A stretch of 64,000 nt of DNA from Nitrospirales bacterium (GTDB taxonomy: Bacteria; Nitrospirota; Nitrospiria; Nitrospirales; UBA8639), in NCBI GenBank assembly GCA_965223295.1, contig CBDCWC010000002.1, positions 32,001 through 96,000 of the forward strand, in the 5' to 3' direction. Within the stretch, counting starts at the first letter, position 1. Every line of letters begins with the position of its first letter. Shown piece after piece: positions 8,922 through 19,182 of this stretch. A program made the translations under genes and the position numbers. Below the pieces are notes generated by a model that searched no databases, was not told the origin of the DNA, and saw only the letters and a program-made list of their open reading frames with translations.

Positions 8922-9494
8922 ATGTCCGTTGCCCTTACTTCTGATCCTCCGAAAAAGCTCTTGGCGATCATAGCTTTTTTTGCGGTCCTGTTTCTGATTG
9001 TGGAGATTTCTGGTCTACGTGCCCAACTTTCTCCAGAGACCATTCGCGCCTTGTTTGCTCAACACACACTGATTGGGCTGGTGCTCTTTTGTGTGGCATT
9101 CAGCGTAGGGAACTTATTATATGTGCCCGGTTGGGTGTTTTTAGTGGGGGCAGTATTTGCGCTGGGAAAAGAATGGGGTGGTGTCGCGACGTTCATCGCT
9201 GGGTTGTGCTCCTCGACGTTGAGCTTTTATGTTATTCGTTATTTTGGCGGAACGGCGCTTCGTAGTGTAAGCCATCGTTGGGCAGATAAATTATTCCAGC
9301 ATTTGGACAAACGCCCTATTGTTTCTGTGGCAGCGTTGCGGTTGTTGTTTCAAACGCTTCCAGCTCTTACCTATGCCCTTGCTTTGGCAAATATTCGGTT
9401 CCGTCATTACTTTGTTGGAACTTTTCTTGGTTTGCCGATCCCTATTGCTCTCTACTGCTATTTTTTTGAGATTGTTTTTCAGTATGTACGGTAG
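8922..9494 (+). CDS. DedA/TVP38 (VTT domain) membrane protein
   Basis: Hydrophobic protein with VPGWVFLVGAVFALG, SFYVIRYFG, LRLL and FRHYFVGTFLGL patterns. Confidence 0.8.
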   Translation: MSVALTSDPPKKLLAIIAFFAVLFLIVEISGLRAQLSPETIRALFAQHTLIGLVLFCVAFSVGNLLYVPGWVFLVGAVFALGKEWGGVATFIAGLCSSTLSFYVIRYFGGTALRSVSHRWADKLFQHLDKRPIVSVAALRLLFQTLPALTYALALANIRFRHYFVGTFLGLPIPIALYCYFFEIVFQYVR

Positions 9495-9510
9495 AGCACA
9501 TAGATTCCTC

Positions 9511-9822
9511 CTACTCGATTTCGACCTCATGACTATCAATGACATATTGTGGAAATTGGGCTGAGGCTGTCTCCAGTTGCCGATATTGGCAGGGAGGAAT
9601 GTCCTCCTTGAGACGACGGAGAAGACTGCGGAATTTCATGTCGGGAGGGACGACACACTTCCATACATGCATGCCTGTTTCTGGTTCCTCGAAATGCATA
9701 GTCATTTGAAACCCAGGTCTCTCCATAAAATAAGCTGAGAGAAATCCAGTAATCCCCTGTATGACCCACGGGTGTTCCTGGAGGTAGCGATAACTGACTC
9801 GCAGCTCCGCTTGATGTGTCAT
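9511..9822 (-). CDS. Hypothetical protein
   Basis: Globular-looking ORF (YLQEHPWVIQGITGFLSAYFMERPGF); start chosen at the MTHQ ATG. Confidence 0.6.
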   Translation of the reverse strand: MTHQAELRVSYRYLQEHPWVIQGITGFLSAYFMERPGFQMTMHFEEPETGMHVWKCVVPPDMKFRSLLRRLKEDIPPCQYRQLETASAQFPQYVIDSHEVEIE

Positions 9823-9981
9823 GAATGTCGCAGGGAGCAAATATGAATAAGGGTGGTATGCATCGAGATATTCTAGCAGAAAAAACTGATGCCGCGCTCT
9901 CAATCATTGAACATCATTGAGAGCACGGCATCAGTTGAGAAAACAGACTAAATTGTCTGGGCCTTGGGTTATGTTAATCCC

Positions 9982-10557
9982 TTAATGTCGGCCCTTCCCT
10001 CTCTTTCCCTTTTTCCTCTTCTTTTCATGGTCGTCATCATCGTCGTCGTCATCACTATGGTCGTCATCATCGTCAAGGTCTTCGTCCTGATCGTCGTCGT
10101 TATGATTTTTCCCATGGCCGCGTTTGTGCTTTTTCCCATGCTTGCCTTTTTTACCCTTCTTTCCATGACCGTCACGATATTTTTCCATTTTTCTTTGGCG
10201 TTTTTCGTGAGCCTTTTTGAACTTTTCTTGTTGCTCAGGGGTGAGTTGGGCTTCGACCTGTGCCATCGCGTTCTGGCGCACTTCTTTCATTTGATTATGA
10301 AGGGCTTTCATTTTTTGACGTTTGTCTTCCAAAATAGGAAGGATGGCCGCTCGTTGTTCATCTGTCAGGGATAATTTTTTTGTGAGTTTGTCGAGTTTCT
10401 CCGCAGGTGCGCGTTTGTGATGCCCTTTTCCTCCACCTGCGACAACGGGTGAGGCTAACAGTCCTGCCATTGCGATGAAGACCAACGTTAACAGGGCATA
10501 GAGTATTGTGGAACGGCCCTGGACAGGTTGCTGTGTAGAGTGCATGGAACGAGTCAT
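9982..10557 (-). CDS. Spy/CpxP-like exported helical protein with K/H-rich and D-rich tail
   Basis: Signal peptide, LSLTDEQ and LTPEQQ (LTxxQ) motifs, low-complexity charged C-terminus; GGAGG upstream of the ATG. Confidence 0.8.
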   Translation of the reverse strand: MTRSMHSTQQPVQGRSTILYALLTLVFIAMAGLLASPVVAGGGKGHHKRAPAEKLDKLTKKLSLTDEQRAAILPILEDKRQKMKALHNQMKEVRQNAMAQVEAQLTPEQQEKFKKAHEKRQRKMEKYRDGHGKKGKKGKHGKKHKRGHGKNHNDDDQDEDLDDDDDHSDDDDDDDDHEKKRKKGKRGKGRH

Positions 10558-11004
10558 TCATACCTCCTTAAGTGAAAGCAAATCTGTGAACCACTGGTTG
10601 AGATACTCAGAGTGGTCAAAAGTTCTGATAGCTCGCTACAGTTTTCTGGAGAAGCCATTTCATTCATGGTATCAAGAAACAGGTACTGGTCAATGAGAGG
10701 GCAATTTTTGCCGAGGGGGTGAGATTTTGAGATTTATTTGGAATGTGTAGCGAGACTTTGTCTTCCTTGAATGCATGAGTTTTTCAAGCTATTGAGTTAT
10801 TTCTAGGCAGGAGCCAATATACCCTGTTATACTGTATGCTGCTTGTACCCCCTCCTTCTTATTTTTTCTTAGCGCCCCTTAGGTTTTGTGGATGTGTTTA
10901 GAAAAGAGTGATGACTTTTCTAAAGTTGCATCGCAGAAAATTTTGTATCAACAAGGGGCCACTTTTATTTTTATATCTTTTATCTTTTGAAAGGGTGGTG
11001 ACAA

Positions 11005-11535
11005 ATGGATGTTCAAAACTTAACTGAAGAAGAGTTATTTTTGTTAGCGAGTACTCCGGCGATGATTGGTACTGCAATGGCGTTTTCTGAAAAAAGTGGG
11101 GTGTTTGGCACGATGAAGGAAGTGTGGGCCAGTATGAAATCGCAAGCCTCTGCCCCAAAGGACTACCCCAACAATCAGTTGATTCAAGCGATTTTGCCAA
11201 AGTTGGAATCTCGTGAGGAAGTCGTAGAAAAAGCCAAACAATATCAGGAAATGGCCAAAGCCCGGTTAGAAGAAAAAGGCATCAAGACGCAAGATCAACT
11301 GCGCGATCAATTAATCAAGGATTGTGGAGAGGTGAATGACTTGTTGGCGAATAAAGTCAGTGCGCAGGAAGGCCAAGATTACAAAGCTTGGGTAATGAAG
11401 GTTGCGGAAAATGTGGCCAAGGCAGCTAAAGAAGGTGGATTTCTTGGATTTGGAGGCGAGCAAATTAGTGAAGGAGAAAAGGTCTTGGCACAAGATGTGG
11501 CGCGGGCGTTGGGCACATCGACTTCTCTCGTATAA
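11005..11535 (+). CDS. Conserved hypothetical helical protein
   Basis: Clean ORF with a distinctive C-terminal YKAWVMKVAENVAKAAKEGGFLGFGGEQIS motif. Confidence 0.8.
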   Translation: MDVQNLTEEELFLLASTPAMIGTAMAFSEKSGVFGTMKEVWASMKSQASAPKDYPNNQLIQAILPKLESREEVVEKAKQYQEMAKARLEEKGIKTQDQLRDQLIKDCGEVNDLLANKVSAQEGQDYKAWVMKVAENVAKAAKEGGFLGFGGEQISEGEKVLAQDVARALGTSTSLV

Positions 11536-11571
11536 CCAGTGGAAATGATGAAAAAAATTACCAGTGATGTT

Positions 11572-12009
11572 CTACAGAAATCCCCGGCAGTTGGCGCTTT
11601 GACAATGGCAGGGTAATTTTCCGTTATGGTGAGAGGGGTGGCAGTCCAGGGTAAGTTCAGTGTTGGCCGGGATCGGGCGGAGTGCATAAAACTCCGCCCG
11701 TTCTCCCACTATTCTCAGGAACGTATTGGGTGTGCAAGAATGATTGATAAAGCGAAATCCAGACGTTTCTAGTGAGGCATCGATCGCTTTGCCGTTGTTG
11801 ACTTCAACAATGGCGATCCATCTTTGAGTTTTGGCTCGTCGCCGCGCTTCGCTTTGGGTCACAAGTCTCCCGGTAAATTCTCCAATTTTTTGACGGGCTT
11901 GTAATGACACATTCGTAAACAGTCCCTGGCCTTCGATACGACTAGGCTTGACGGACATGGATACGGGCCAGCGTTGTGGAGCGGGTGTTCTCGGGATCTT
12001 TCTGTGCAT
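11572..12009 (-). CDS. SET domain protein-lysine methyltransferase
   Basis: SRIEGQGLF, RFINHSCTPN, ELTLD and post-SET CHCQSANCRGFL. Confidence 0.9.
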   Translation of the reverse strand: MHRKIPRTPAPQRWPVSMSVKPSRIEGQGLFTNVSLQARQKIGEFTGRLVTQSEARRRAKTQRWIAIVEVNNGKAIDASLETSGFRFINHSCTPNTFLRIVGERAEFYALRPIPANTELTLDCHPSHHNGKLPCHCQSANCRGFL

Positions 12010-12026
12010 GGAGGGAATAACTCGTA

Positions 12027-13036
12027 TTATTTAATCCCGACGACCATCGAGTCTGGACCTATAAGATGCTCGACTCGAGTTTCACGGAATCCTGCTTCCT
12101 TTAGCCAGGCAGTACAATCAGCGCCGGTGTAGTCAAACCCGCCTGGTAACTCAATGAGCATATTTAAGCTCATGAGTAATCCAAACACATTTTCGCGTCG
12201 GTCGTTATCGATTAACGATTCAAAAACAATTAATGCTCCATCTTTTGGCAAGGCATCATAGGCTTTGGCTATGAGAAGTTTTTTCTCTTCAAGATTCCAG
12301 TCGTGAAGAATGTGCCCCATGGTGAGAACGTCGGCTTTGGGCAAAGGGTCTTTGAAGAAATCTCCAGGAATAAATGTGAGGCGGTTGCTCAGTTCAAAAG
12401 ACTGAATATATTCTTCAAAGATTGGCCCGGTCGGCGGAAGATCGAATCCGCTGCCTTTGATATGTGTATGCGCCAACGCGATTTGTACGGCCAACCCGCC
12501 TTGGGCTGAACCAATGTCACAAAATGTTTGATATTGAGACCAGGGAAATTGTTGGGCAATAGCCTTATTGCCTCCCATACTAATTCCCGTCATAGATTGG
12601 AGGAACGCTTTGAGTTTGTCCGGATCGGCATAGAGGGTTTCAAAAAAATTTCCGCCTTCTTTGGCTTCATTTTGGGGAAGGCCTGTCTTGAGTCCTTCGT
12701 CAACGATCCCCAATAGCGGTACAGCCGGCTGTTAGCCATTTCTAGAAATCCACCCATATAGGAGGGTTTCGCTTTATCCAGAAAAAGATCAGTTTCCGGC
12801 GTGTTGGCATACACGCCATTGTCACGCTGAAGCATGCCTAAGGCGACCAGAGCATCAAAAAAATCACGCGCACTTCGTGGGTGCAGACCTAAGCGGGTTT
12901 GCAAGGCATCGCCATCTAATGGTTGGCGGGCTAATGCGGTAAAGACCTCTAATTCAACGGCACTGAGTAGCGTTTTAGAACCCCAAAAGGCCATGCCCAG
13001 GTGCATAATTTTTTCAGGTGTGACAGCCGGTGTCAT
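12027..13036 (-). pseudogene. SAM-dependent O-methyltransferase (dimerisation + Methyltransf_2), single frameshift near 12699
   Basis: N-terminal ORF 12590-13036 ([13 protein letters not shown]) and C-terminal ORF 12027-12713 ([17 protein letters not shown]) join if one base is restored (...WGSLT|EGLKTG). May be a sequencing error. Confidence 0.8.
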
Positions 13037-13087
13037 TGTTACGCTCCTCTCTTAAAGTTCTAAAGGGAATGCATGAATATTGAATTA

Positions 13088-13519
13088 CTAGTCTCCGCCT
13101 TGAAACGCATCTTCCTCGTATTCTGGAACCACGTCTTTGGTTTCAATGCCCAAGCCTCTTTGAAACGATTCTCGAATGGCCAGGATTTGATGGTGACTTG
13201 GCGTGCCTTCGATTTGCTTCCTAAATTGTGTTAAGAACTGATTGCAGGCATTTAGGCCGTGTTGAAAATACCGAGCGAGTGGGCCTTCTGTGACCTGCTG
13301 CCAGGTGATATAAATTAAAAACTCTTGAAACCATTTCGCCTTAGGGAGTTTCCCGCCATATTGCTGGAGAACTTCATAGGCGTGTTTGGCTTCTTGACCT
13401 TGGTCAGTGGAAAAGGTTTCTTCGGCTTCTAAAATATCAGTTTCAAGCTCTCCCAGTTCTCCGTGTAGCTCTGCTTGCTGAAGAGCATGATGTGCGGCTA
13501 TGGCTGGATCAAAATTCAT
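13088..13519 (-). CDS. Hypothetical protein
   Basis: Clean 143 aa ORF co-oriented with its neighbours. Confidence 0.75.
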   Translation of the reverse strand: MNFDPAIAAHHALQQAELHGELGELETDILEAEETFSTDQGQEAKHAYEVLQQYGGKLPKAKWFQEFLIYITWQQVTEGPLARYFQHGLNACNQFLTQFRKQIEGTPSHHQILAIRESFQRGLGIETKDVVPEYEEDAFQGGD

Positions 13520-13575
13520 GATAGCCTTTCGTTGAATGTTTGTGGGTTGGTGTGTTCTGGAGCTTCAATCACCAA

Positions 13576-14382
13576 TTACTCTTTATGCTCTTGTTGCTTT
13601 GTGATGGGGGAGGCGACGGTATGTTGCAAATACGTACCTAAAGCTTCCATCGCGCTGTTCATGAGGTCTGTCCCTCGCTGGCTAGGTGTATTCAGGTGTT
13701 GATGCGTTTCGGCCCACTCAATAGCCAGGGGAAGAGGCAAGAGACGAACTGGTTCATTCGACAAGGTACTCCAGAGGAGACTTAAGACAGTACCTGCCCT
13801 CAAGGGAACATGGAGTTCCTCAATAGGACTATTGTCCATATCTTGACACCATTCAGGGTGTGAGGTGACCAGGTGCCCTCTGCACCCAGCGGGTCGATGG
13901 TCGTAAATGGTGCAGACTTCGTTTTCAAGGAAGATACAGGGAAGACGAAGAGCATAGTAGGCACGGTTGAGGGAGTCGAGATCTTTGTCTGAAGCTTGGG
14001 AAGGGGAATTTACCAAATCTTGAAGGTGCATCAGAATCCCTGATTTCTGTAGTCGATCTTTTGTTGCCGCCAATTTTTGCCTTATTTGGTTTTGATGTTC
14101 TGGAGAGAGAGTATTCATGATTTCGACGAGTGCAAAGGCTTCCGGTGGGGAGACGGGAATCATCGTCCTGCAGCATGCAGCGCACCCTTTTTGGCATGAT
14201 ATAGTTTTTCCGGCACGGATCGTTTTGGTAATTTCCAATTCTTGTGCCTGATCTCCTAGTGAGCGGATCAGGGGGACGATTTGGGAAAGAGGAATCAAAT
14301 TAGTTGGCACGTCAATTTGTGCCTGAAGGTCTCCAGAGGAAGTCGTGATTGTGACGTCTATGCGTTCTTTCTGAGCACTCAT
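13576..14382 (-). CDS. YkgJ-family cysteine-cluster (Zn/Fe-chelating) protein
   Basis: CQKGCAACC...CIFLENEVCTIYDHRPAGCR. Confidence 0.88.
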   Translation of the reverse strand: MSAQKERIDVTITTSSGDLQAQIDVPTNLIPLSQIVPLIRSLGDQAQELEITKTIRAGKTISCQKGCAACCRTMIPVSPPEAFALVEIMNTLSPEHQNQIRQKLAATKDRLQKSGILMHLQDLVNSPSQASDKDLDSLNRAYYALRLPCIFLENEVCTIYDHRPAGCRGHLVTSHPEWCQDMDNSPIEELHVPLRAGTVLSLLWSTLSNEPVRLLPLPLAIEWAETHQHLNTPSQRGTDLMNSAMEALGTYLQHTVASPITKQQEHKE

Positions 14383-14551
14383 AATGGCATTTGTACTTCT
14401 TCTACAGAGAGCTATACGGTCTTTGATTTAGTAAAGGGCAACCTTGAATGAAAAAGCTGAGAAAAGGCCAGGGTAGTTTTAATGAGAGGTGCTGTCAATT
14501 CCTTATTTCTTTCGGTTGTTGGACCCATGTTTTGCAGGGGACTAGCCTAAG

Positions 14552-15526
14552 GTGAACAGATCTCAATCAGCAAGCTCAGCACAAAAAAGCTGGGAGAAAT
14601 TTTGTGATGGACGTCTAGATTATCTCCAAGCACTTGGCGAGGTTGTCGCGCGGAGTTTTATGCGGCGAGATACGCAACATCCAGTATTCTGTGGATGCAT
14701 TGATTGGCATTCCAGTGTGCATGGCGCCTATTCGTTACTGATTGCGGCTCGATTGACTGGACAGAAACGTTGGGTGGGCGTGGTTGACGCGTCGTTAACA
14801 AAAGACTGCCTGGATGGGGAATTTTCATCATTGCAGCAAGGGGAGCTCGATCATGAGTTGCCGTACGGGTTTTCTTGGTTTTTAGCGTTGGCCATTGAGC
14901 GGGAGAGAGGGTGGGGAAGGGCGGATCTGCGGCCACTTGCTATAGAAATCGCTTCACGCTTGGAACAGTGGATGTTTTCACTTCCGGCTGGAGGAGTTAT
15001 TCGTCATTTTCAGCAGAGAGAATATGGGAATTTAGCATGGGCGTTGTTGAATGTATGGAGTTGGAGTCAGTGGACGTCGAACCAGTCGGTACTCGACACA
15101 CTCCTCAACTTTACACGGGAGTGGGTGATGCTGCTTGATGAGACGTTGCCTCCTTCATATGACAACGTGACCGATGAGTTTTTTGCAGCGTCTCTTCAAC
15201 GAACCAGAGTGATCCTGGCGATCCTTCCACCCGAAGAATCTCAAGCATGGTTAGAAAAGTATTATCCCAAAGAATTTTCTTTGAAGCCGCTGCTTCTCCC
15301 TCAAACTCCACATTCAGCAGGCCTGAACTTTAGCCGAGCTTGGACATTCTGGACGCTCTATGCTTGTACCAGGGACGAGAGGTATCGAGGTTTGTACGTC
15401 GACCATATTCTGACTCACATGCAGCTACCTGAGTATTGGCGCAATGACTATCAGAAATATGGGCACTGGGTTCCCCAATTTGGCATCTATGCGATTGCGT
15501 TGAGTCTGAATAACGCGAAGTATTGA
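14552..15526 (+). CDS. DUF2891-family protein
   Basis: HPVFCGCIDWHSSVHG, ELPYGFSWFL, HSAGLNFSRAW, YGHWV motifs. Confidence 0.8.
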   Translation: MNRSQSASSAQKSWEKFCDGRLDYLQALGEVVARSFMRRDTQHPVFCGCIDWHSSVHGAYSLLIAARLTGQKRWVGVVDASLTKDCLDGEFSSLQQGELDHELPYGFSWFLALAIERERGWGRADLRPLAIEIASRLEQWMFSLPAGGVIRHFQQREYGNLAWALLNVWSWSQWTSNQSVLDTLLNFTREWVMLLDETLPPSYDNVTDEFFAASLQRTRVILAILPPEESQAWLEKYYPKEFSLKPLLLPQTPHSAGLNFSRAWTFWTLYACTRDERYRGLYVDHILTHMQLPEYWRNDYQKYGHWVPQFGIYAIALSLNNAKY

Positions 15527-15699
15527 GGGTCTGTTGACAAAAAACCGCCGTCTACTTCCCGAGTCACTCAGTAGGCTATGAAAGCCGAAAGCGGCTTCGC
15601 ACAGGCGAGCGGACTTTTTTGAACCCACCCGATGTTGTTGATCGCCAAGGACTTCCTGGCGAAATACGGCCCTTGACATCTTCAGTATTCAACACTCCC
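15527..15699 (-). mobile_element. MITE family A, composite variant in reverse orientation
   Basis: Read on the - strand: GGGAGTGTTGAATACTGAAGATGTCAAGGGCC...GGAAGTCCTTGGCGATCAA, then GTTCAAAAAAGTCCG...TCAACAGACCC, matching 3156-3346 at the ends but with a different interior. Confidence 0.7.
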
Positions 15700-15921
15700 G
15701 TATTCAACACATCCTATAGACGTGAAAGGTGAGCGATAACAGAGGCTCAATTTGCCAACATAAAGAGGTGGTCAATGCTCTGCATAGGCGTTGTGTTTCG
15801 ATGAGACCGGGTTATTGATGCCATTGAGCATTGGGAGGAAAAATGCGTAGTTTTCCCGGGCCGCGAAAATCTTTTTGCGTATGACTCAAAATGTACAATA
15901 ACTGTGTGACGTATCTTGGGG

Positions 15922-17295
15922 CTAGCGTAGACCTTCTGGGGCAGACCTGGATTCAGTATGAATGGGTGTCGGGCTATTTTTAGCTTTTTCCAAGTGGCTG
16001 ATGGATTGAGCAAGTTTCATCATGCCTGCGGAAACTTCTTGGATATCATGGTGTAGAGCTTCCACTGTCTCAGCGCTTAGGGATGTTGCCAATGTGTTCA
16101 TTCTTGCTGAGACTTCCCCGATTTCATGCTTGAGTGCCTCTACAGTTTCAGCCTGTTGAGCTTCAGAGAGTTTGACGCGTTGTTCTAATGCCTGAAGGTG
16201 CTCAGTCAGGGCCGGGGGAGTTGCAGAAGAAGCTTGGGCTAATTGCTGATACCGCTCTTCAAGTGACTCAAGTGAGTTGACCAGACCCTGAAGATTCTCT
16301 GCACCTTGAGACGTCGTGACAGCCTCCATTCCCGAAGATATGTCCTTCATGTCATCGTGGAGGGCTTTGACAGTTTCCGCATAATGTTTTTCTGATGTTT
16401 CAATGCGCTGTTCTAATGCTTGAAGTTGTGCCGCGAGTGCCGGATTTTCAGGAGATGTTTGAATAAATTCTTGAGGATGGGCCGAATCTTGTGTCTTCAA
16501 GGCGGCTTTTAATGCCGACGTGTCGGAGGTGATGGTGTCTCTGACTTGGTTAATATAGACGTGGAGTTGATTGAGCCGTTTTTGGAGCACCAGAATGTCG
16601 TTCGTTCTCAGCAACATCTGGTCGAGAGTTTCCTGCTGTTTTTTTAATTGATCTTCCAAGGCCACCTCTTTCTGAATGGCCCGCTCTTTTTCGGTATTGA
16701 GGGTCACTGTGTATTCACCCATCACGTCTTTAAATCCAACCAGCGAGTCCTGAAACTCTGTGAGGAGCTTTTCATAGCGTCGGTTATTTTGGTCGATTTG
16801 GTCAACTAAAGCCGTCACCTGATCTCCGTACACGGCGACTCGCGCTTGGGCCTGTTCCAGGTCTTTTTCCAGTTTGGCGATTGTCGAAGAAGTTGTGGTC
16901 TGGTTCGTCCCAACGGTTTCTTCCCATCCTTCAACATGATGCTGCAAAGTCTCGATGGTGGCATTCATGGGAGAAAGATTCTGGTCACGGAATTCTCGCA
17001 GGGTTTGTTTGACTTCCCCTCGCAAGGATAGCAAGCCACCAATTTGCTTTTCGTGATCTTCCAACAAAGCCTTCGTAGAAGAGAGGGCATCTTGGACTTC
17101 TTGAAGGGTAGGTGGTGGGTCAGGCGTTTGAGCCGTGACAGATTCTTCTCCCGAAGTTTCTCCTGTTTCAGTGAGAGTAGACTGGTCTCCAGGAATAGAC
17201 ATTTCTGCACAACCGGATATGGCAAGCACTATGATCAACCCAGTAAGAATGAACCATATGGGAATACCTGAAGAAAAATGGGTGTGACGGTTCAT
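15922..17295 (-). CDS. Long coiled-coil lipoprotein with internal repeats
   Basis: Lipobox-like ISGC; heptad-rich; repeated PAL..LQALEQR..SE...AETV.AL; ATG overlaps the upstream stop (ATGA). Confidence 0.8.
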   Translation of the reverse strand: MNRHTHFSSGIPIWFILTGLIIVLAISGCAEMSIPGDQSTLTETGETSGEESVTAQTPDPPPTLQEVQDALSSTKALLEDHEKQIGGLLSLRGEVKQTLREFRDQNLSPMNATIETLQHHVEGWEETVGTNQTTTSSTIAKLEKDLEQAQARVAVYGDQVTALVDQIDQNNRRYEKLLTEFQDSLVGFKDVMGEYTVTLNTEKERAIQKEVALEDQLKKQQETLDQMLLRTNDILVLQKRLNQLHVYINQVRDTITSDTSALKAALKTQDSAHPQEFIQTSPENPALAAQLQALEQRIETSEKHYAETVKALHDDMKDISSGMEAVTTSQGAENLQGLVNSLESLEERYQQLAQASSATPPALTEHLQALEQRVKLSEAQQAETVEALKHEIGEVSARMNTLATSLSAETVEALHHDIQEVSAGMMKLAQSISHLEKAKNSPTPIHTESRSAPEGLR

Positions 17296-17954
17296 GGTCT
17301 ATTCTCCTCCAGAAGTTGAGAATCATCGGATTGCGGCATCTCAAAAGATTTGAGAAGTGATGAAAGGTTACGATCGGCCACAAACATAAAGGCTCGTCTA
17401 TTCATATCGAAACAAAACGCATCGTCTTCCTCGCAAATCGGATCTAATTCCCCAAATGAGATTGACTCCATAATTTGGGGGTTGATGCCAATATCTTTGA
17501 GATAATTCATGACTGCCTGGGCCCGCTTGTAGCCCAAAGCCTGATTATACGCCTTTGTTCCTTTGGTATCTGTGTGTCCTTCGATCGTCAATTCTCCGTG
17601 CAGAGATGTTCGCAACCAATGGCCGGCATCCTGTAATGTTTTTTCTGCTTCGGGCGTCAATTCCCAGGAATCAAAAGGAAAGAGGACCAGCGGAAAATAG
17701 CGGCCGTCTGGCCGGGATCGCTTTCCAAATCCCACCGGGGCTATGGGTGATGGATTCGACTCGGGTATCTCGGGTCGTAACTCTTCCTTCACTTCCTCTG
17801 CCTCCACCACTCTAAATTCATTTGAGTCAGGGCCACCTGTTTGGATTTTTAAGGGAGCAACTTGTGTGTCACCATTGGCAAAGATACTCGACAAGCTTTC
17901 ACATCCACTCAGTAAACAGCCGGTAAGCATGAGAAACAATACTGGTTTGTGCAT
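17292..17954 (-). CDS. OmpA/Pal-family peptidoglycan-binding lipoprotein
   Basis: LSGC lipobox; FPFDSWEL, IEGHTDTKGTKAYNQALGYKRA, SFGE..P, NRRA; start at MHKPV. Confidence 0.88.
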   Translation of the reverse strand: MHKPVLFLMLTGCLLSGCESLSSIFANGDTQVAPLKIQTGGPDSNEFRVVEAEEVKEELRPEIPESNPSPIAPVGFGKRSRPDGRYFPLVLFPFDSWELTPEAEKTLQDAGHWLRTSLHGELTIEGHTDTKGTKAYNQALGYKRAQAVMNYLKDIGINPQIMESISFGELDPICEEDDAFCFDMNRRAFMFVADRNLSSLLKSFEMPQSDDSQLLEENRP

Positions 17955-18199
17955 CACAGATCCTTTATGGGTCTTAAGACTGGGGGAGGTCAGGGTTTGT
18001 CTTCGTTGATGGATTCTTGGATGACAGCCATCAACTTCATTATGAACTAGACTGGACTTAGCAAAATCTGCACTTCGTAATTTTCCCCTTGGCAAAATAC
18101 CCTCCAAGAAATTTCACGTCAATATCCCTCATTTGCTGTAAGGAATAATACCTGGTATTTCGGCAGAAAGGTTTTTCATCGCTCTTTTTTATTGGAGAG

Positions 18200-19084
18200 T
18201 TAAAAAGTCATAGATATTTTTGCTAATGCGTTTTTTGGTGAAATGAGATTTCGTCGTAAGCCAAGCATGCCAGCCTTTAGGCCCATTGCAAGGCCGAGAA
18301 GTTGGGGGAGGTGGAAAATCGGCAAGTTGATGGAGGTGTTATGTTGTGTGCCTGCCTGCGCCTGCATACCATCCAAGTTGAGATGACAAAGTGGACAGGG
18401 AGTGACCATGATATCGGCGCCATGAGATTTAGCGTCTTGAGTGTGGGTCGCGACCATAGACAGGGAATTTATCTTATTGATAGTGAGAATGGGAAACCCG
18501 CAACATCGGGTTTTCCCAGGAAAGTCCACAACTTCTGCTCCCAATATTTCAATCATGCGTTCCAATGACTTCCCACGGTTAGGATGTTCCTCAAAGTCTA
18601 ACGCATCAGTCGGGCGTTGGATATAGCATCCGTAAAACGGGGCGGCTCGAAGACCGGTTAATGGTTTGGTGATGTGTTCCCGAAGGACTTCCTCGCCAAC
18701 GTCTTCTAATAAAATCCACAGGAAATGTTTAATGGTTGTAGTGCCGCGATAGGTCAGTTCTTCTTCACTTAAGATCTGATTGATTTCTTCAAGGTAGCCG
18801 GATTGGGTTTGTAGTCGATGATTGGTCTGGCTCATGACGCCTTGGCAGGTGCTGCAAATGGTCATAATAGGCAAGCCTTGTTGTTCAGCCAGCGCAAACG
18901 TTCGTGCATTCAGTACATCGCCTAATTTCTCATCTTTTTCTTGCAGAACTCCTGCGCCGGTACAGGAGGCCGTTGTCATTTCATCGAGATCAATACCCAG
19001 TTTGGGATAGACTTGTCTAACTGATTGATACAGTTCAGGGCATGCGCCCTTGGAGACGCAGCCTGGGAAGAAAGCATATTTCAT
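18200..19084 (-). CDS. sdhE: CCG-domain (HdrB-like) anchor subunit of type E succinate dehydrogenase/fumarate reductase
   Basis: YAFFPGC, SCTG, CSTC, FYGC, CCG and CPLC; downstream of sdhAB. Confidence 0.85.
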   Translation of the reverse strand: MKYAFFPGCVSKGACPELYQSVRQVYPKLGIDLDEMTTASCTGAGVLQEKDEKLGDVLNARTFALAEQQGLPIMTICSTCQGVMSQTNHRLQTQSGYLEEINQILSEEELTYRGTTTIKHFLWILLEDVGEEVLREHITKPLTGLRAAPFYGCYIQRPTDALDFEEHPNRGKSLERMIEILGAEVVDFPGKTRCCGFPILTINKINSLSMVATHTQDAKSHGADIMVTPCPLCHLNLDGMQAQAGTQHNTSINLPIFHLPQLLGLAMGLKAGMLGLRRNLISPKNALAKISMTF

Positions 19085-19137
19085 ACTTTTTCCTTCATGA
19101 GCTTCTGGTTGGGAGGCTCATTACTCATTTTTGATGA

Positions 19138-19174
19138 CTCTACCTCACCTTAGTCCTCTTCTTACAAAGGAGAG
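19138..19174 (+). repeat. Single REP-like unit (same family as 4335-4464)
   Basis: CTCTACCTCACCTTAGTCCTCTTCTTACAAAGGAGAG closely matches the reverse complement of 4336-4372. Confidence 0.7.
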
Positions 19175-19182
19175 AAAATTTT

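Noticed and set aside
9964-10374. Very hydrophobic + strand ORF
   Set aside because: Antisense reading of the Asp/Lys-rich tail of 9982-10557.
18200-19084. HdrB-like gene as evidence of heterodisulfide reductase or methanogen-like metabolism
   Set aside because: Context downstream of sdhAB indicates the CCG-domain anchor of type E complex II.
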